Shown here piece after piece: positions 61,862 to 64,000 of a stretch of DNA of 64,000 nucleotides. Numbering within the stretch: the stretch's first letter is position 1; every line of letters begins with the position of its first letter. The DNA lies in the NCBI GenBank assembly GCA_020891255.1, contig BQFW01000013.1, positions 1,116,001 through 1,180,000 of the forward strand. The letters run 5' to 3'. Source of the DNA: Entomortierella parvispora E1425. Taxonomy: Eukaryota > Fungi > Mortierellomycota. The translations under genes were made by a program, and so were the position numbers. The notes beneath the pieces were generated by a model that did no database searches, was not told where the DNA came from, and was given only the letters and a program-made list of their open reading frames with translations.

Positions 61862-63265
61862 CTAACCGACCTCAAGAGTGGTGATACCAAAGACGCCGCT
61901 GGCATCGTGTTTGGGCACCTTGCCATTCCACATCCTCAACGAAGGAAAAGTGTTTGGCCAACCCAGTCCATCGAACAACTTGATGGCCTCGGCATTCGTG
62001 TCTGGCACATCGATGTCCATTTCCAGTGGCACTCCCAAAGGCTTGATCTTCTCCGCCTGGACCATATCACAGGCGAGTTTCACCAGCAACTGCTTCGCGA
62101 TCTTGGGCGTGGCCGCGTAGAGGGGTCCGACTCTGTACGAGGACTCGGCCGGGCGGACACAGGCGTAACCCAGAACGACGGGCAGACCGGACTCGGGGTC
62201 CTTTTGATCCTGAGACAGCACTGCGGCCGTGAACCGATGGTACTCTGGATGGTCCGCATGGAACTGAACCCAATCGCGAACAAAGCCCGGTCGCTTCAAT
62301 CCAGTGTATTTTTGCTCCATTGGCGACAATTGCGCCCAATCCGCCAATTTCGTCACCGGGGCTGTCGGAGCAAGAGACAAGGGGGCGAGGACAGCCGTTG
62401 TGGCGGCCGTGAACGCAGACTCGACCGCGTCCTGGAAATCAGACCCCACCAGGGCATCTGCCTTGAGACCCAAGAAAGACTGATTCCTCTGCTCGTTCTC
62501 CTTTTCTGCAGACGTCACATCAGCAGTAGCGGTGGTCGTGGCAGGAGCCTTGGAAGCAGACGCAGTGGCCCCTGCTTTCTCCTCTTGCTTCTTGGCCTCC
62601 TCGCGCAGGACCAGTTTGTCACGGACAATCAAATCGACCAAACCTGGAATCTCGTCGCGCGAGATCTTCTCGGCAAGATCCTTTTCCTGCTTATGGACCA
62701 AGTCTGATGCGGACCCATGACGACGTTCGTTCAACCATCCAACTTCGGTGAATCCTGAGCGACGGTAATTATCCACCTGGGCCATGACGCCATCCAGTCC
62801 AACGCTGGGTCGGATCACGCCGTCCGTTGACGTACTCTGGGCGTGCTTCATCGCGTTCTGGAAGGACTTGAGACCGTAACCCCGACCACGGTGTTCGGGT
62901 GCCACGACGTAGAACCCAATCCAGGCTTGCTCCTCTCCGTAGCGAACACCGCTGATCATCGATACAGTCTCGAATTCACCTGGGCTGTCCTTCTTGGGGA
63001 CCTTGCCCATAAAGAAACCCTGGGGATCGGCCTTGAACATGGCCCCAGGGATATCTGCGCCTTTGGCTCCTGGGTTCCATTGCTCGGTCTTTGACCAGTT
63101 AAAGAAGAGCTCTTGGGCTTCTTTATCTGAGCATCGTTGGAAAATGATGTCACTATCCGCGGTAGAGGCGGCAGTGGCGCCGGCCCCTTTAGTGGACGAC
63201 GTAGTGGTAGCGGTGGCGGTTGCCTCGGTCGTAGCAGTGGTAGCTGCAGGAGTGTTTGTCAACAT
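61862..63265 (-). CDS. Tandem GNAT N-acyltransferase (YitH/HlmA-like), single exon
   Basis: EQWNPG, DPQGFF, IGFYVVAPEHRGRGYG, VGLDGVMAQVDNYRRSGF, RVGPLYA and IDVPDTN; ends FGITTLEVG. Probable start is ATG 63265. Confidence 0.85.
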   Translation of the reverse strand: MLTNTPAATTATTEATATATTTSSTKGAGATAASTADSDIIFQRCSDKEAQELFFNWSKTEQWNPGAKGADIPGAMFKADPQGFFMGKVPKKDSPGEFETVSMISGVRYGEEQAWIGFYVVAPEHRGRGYGLKSFQNAMKHAQSTSTDGVIRPSVGLDGVMAQVDNYRRSGFTEVGWLNERRHGSASDLVHKQEKDLAEKISRDEIPGLVDLIVRDKLVLREEAKKQEEKAGATASASKAPATTTATADVTSAEKENEQRNQSFLGLKADALVGSDFQDAVESAFTAATTAVLAPLSLAPTAPVTKLADWAQLSPMEQKYTGLKRPGFVRDWVQFHADHPEYHRFTAAVLSQDQKDPESGLPVVLGYACVRPAESSYRVGPLYAATPKIAKQLLVKLACDMVQAEKIKPLGVPLEMDIDVPDTNAEAIKLFDGLGWPNTFPSLRMWNGKVPKHDASGVFGITTLEVG

Positions 63266-64000
63266 CAAAAACTGAGAACAGAAAAAAGAGGATGAGGGGA
63301 AAAAAAAAGACCTTGGCGTCGTTGCAGTCGACGCGTCCAGGTGGTGACAAAAGGAAAAAGTGAAGGAGTGAAAGAAAAAAAAAAGTAAAGTGAAGAAGGG
63401 AAACAAGGAGGAACAAGAGAAAGGAGAGGCTGTTTTTAAAGGAATGTGAATGAGGAAAGAAATGGAAGGAAGGAAAGAAGAGAGACAATGAGCGAGAATG
63501 AGTCAAGGCATGGTGAATGGTGAAAAGCGGAAGGGCACGCAAACGGTGGGAAAAGAAAAGTGAGAAGACCATGACGCGCCGTCCTCTGCTCTGACGAGCG
63601 TGAGTACTTTCGTATGCAACAACAAAAGCGATGATGCGATCCCTGACACAGGTTGTTCCTGCCCCTCACTGCTCACACTGCTGCACTCGCTCCCCCTCGT
63701 ACCCCAGCCCAGTCAATCCTGCATCCTTGGGCCTTCTTTTTTTTTCTATGCTCCTCGTTGCCGAGAAAACTTGAGTTGCGCAGGTCGGAACCAAAAACCC
63801 AGTGTTTCCTTGGGAACGCGTCCTCAACCCCATTGCCCGTCCTTCCTCCCCCTTTTCGTTGCGGCTTTCAACAGTAGTTTGCCTAGACTAACTTAACCCG
63901 CCACCAAGTTATTGGATCTAGAAATTCATCCCACAGAGACATTCCATAGATGGATCTTGTCGATCGCTTTCAGAACTGCCCCATCATATCCTCCCAAAGT

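Overview
Gene-dense eukaryotic DNA with short GT-AG introns. The gene families and intron style fit an early-diverging fungus, probably Mortierellaceae (inference). I read about 22 protein-coding genes, one decayed sterol glucosyltransferase (ATG26/UGT51-like) pseudogene and one tRNA-Leu(AAG). The most notable structure is at 5.8-8.1 kb, where the tRNA gene lies between two different mobile-element insertions that the ORF track does not reveal. The first is a complete 1805-bp IS630/Tc1/mariner DNA transposon (DD86E transposase, 28-bp imperfect TIRs, TA duplication) ending 29 bp downstream of the tRNA. The second is a 301-bp poly(A)-tailed insert with a perfect 18-bp target-site duplication about 90-100 bp upstream, head-to-head with the tRNA. 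This suggests tRNA-gene-associated integration. Other items worth checking: a BRD7/9/Rsc58-like protein fused to a GATA zinc finger, a K-turn or C/D-box-like RNA in the long RPL30 intron, an ELM1-family protein, an intronless bacterial-type tandem GNAT, and a ZIP transporter loop with four KR sites. All gene calls rest on motif recognition by eye; no searches were run and exon boundaries are approximate.
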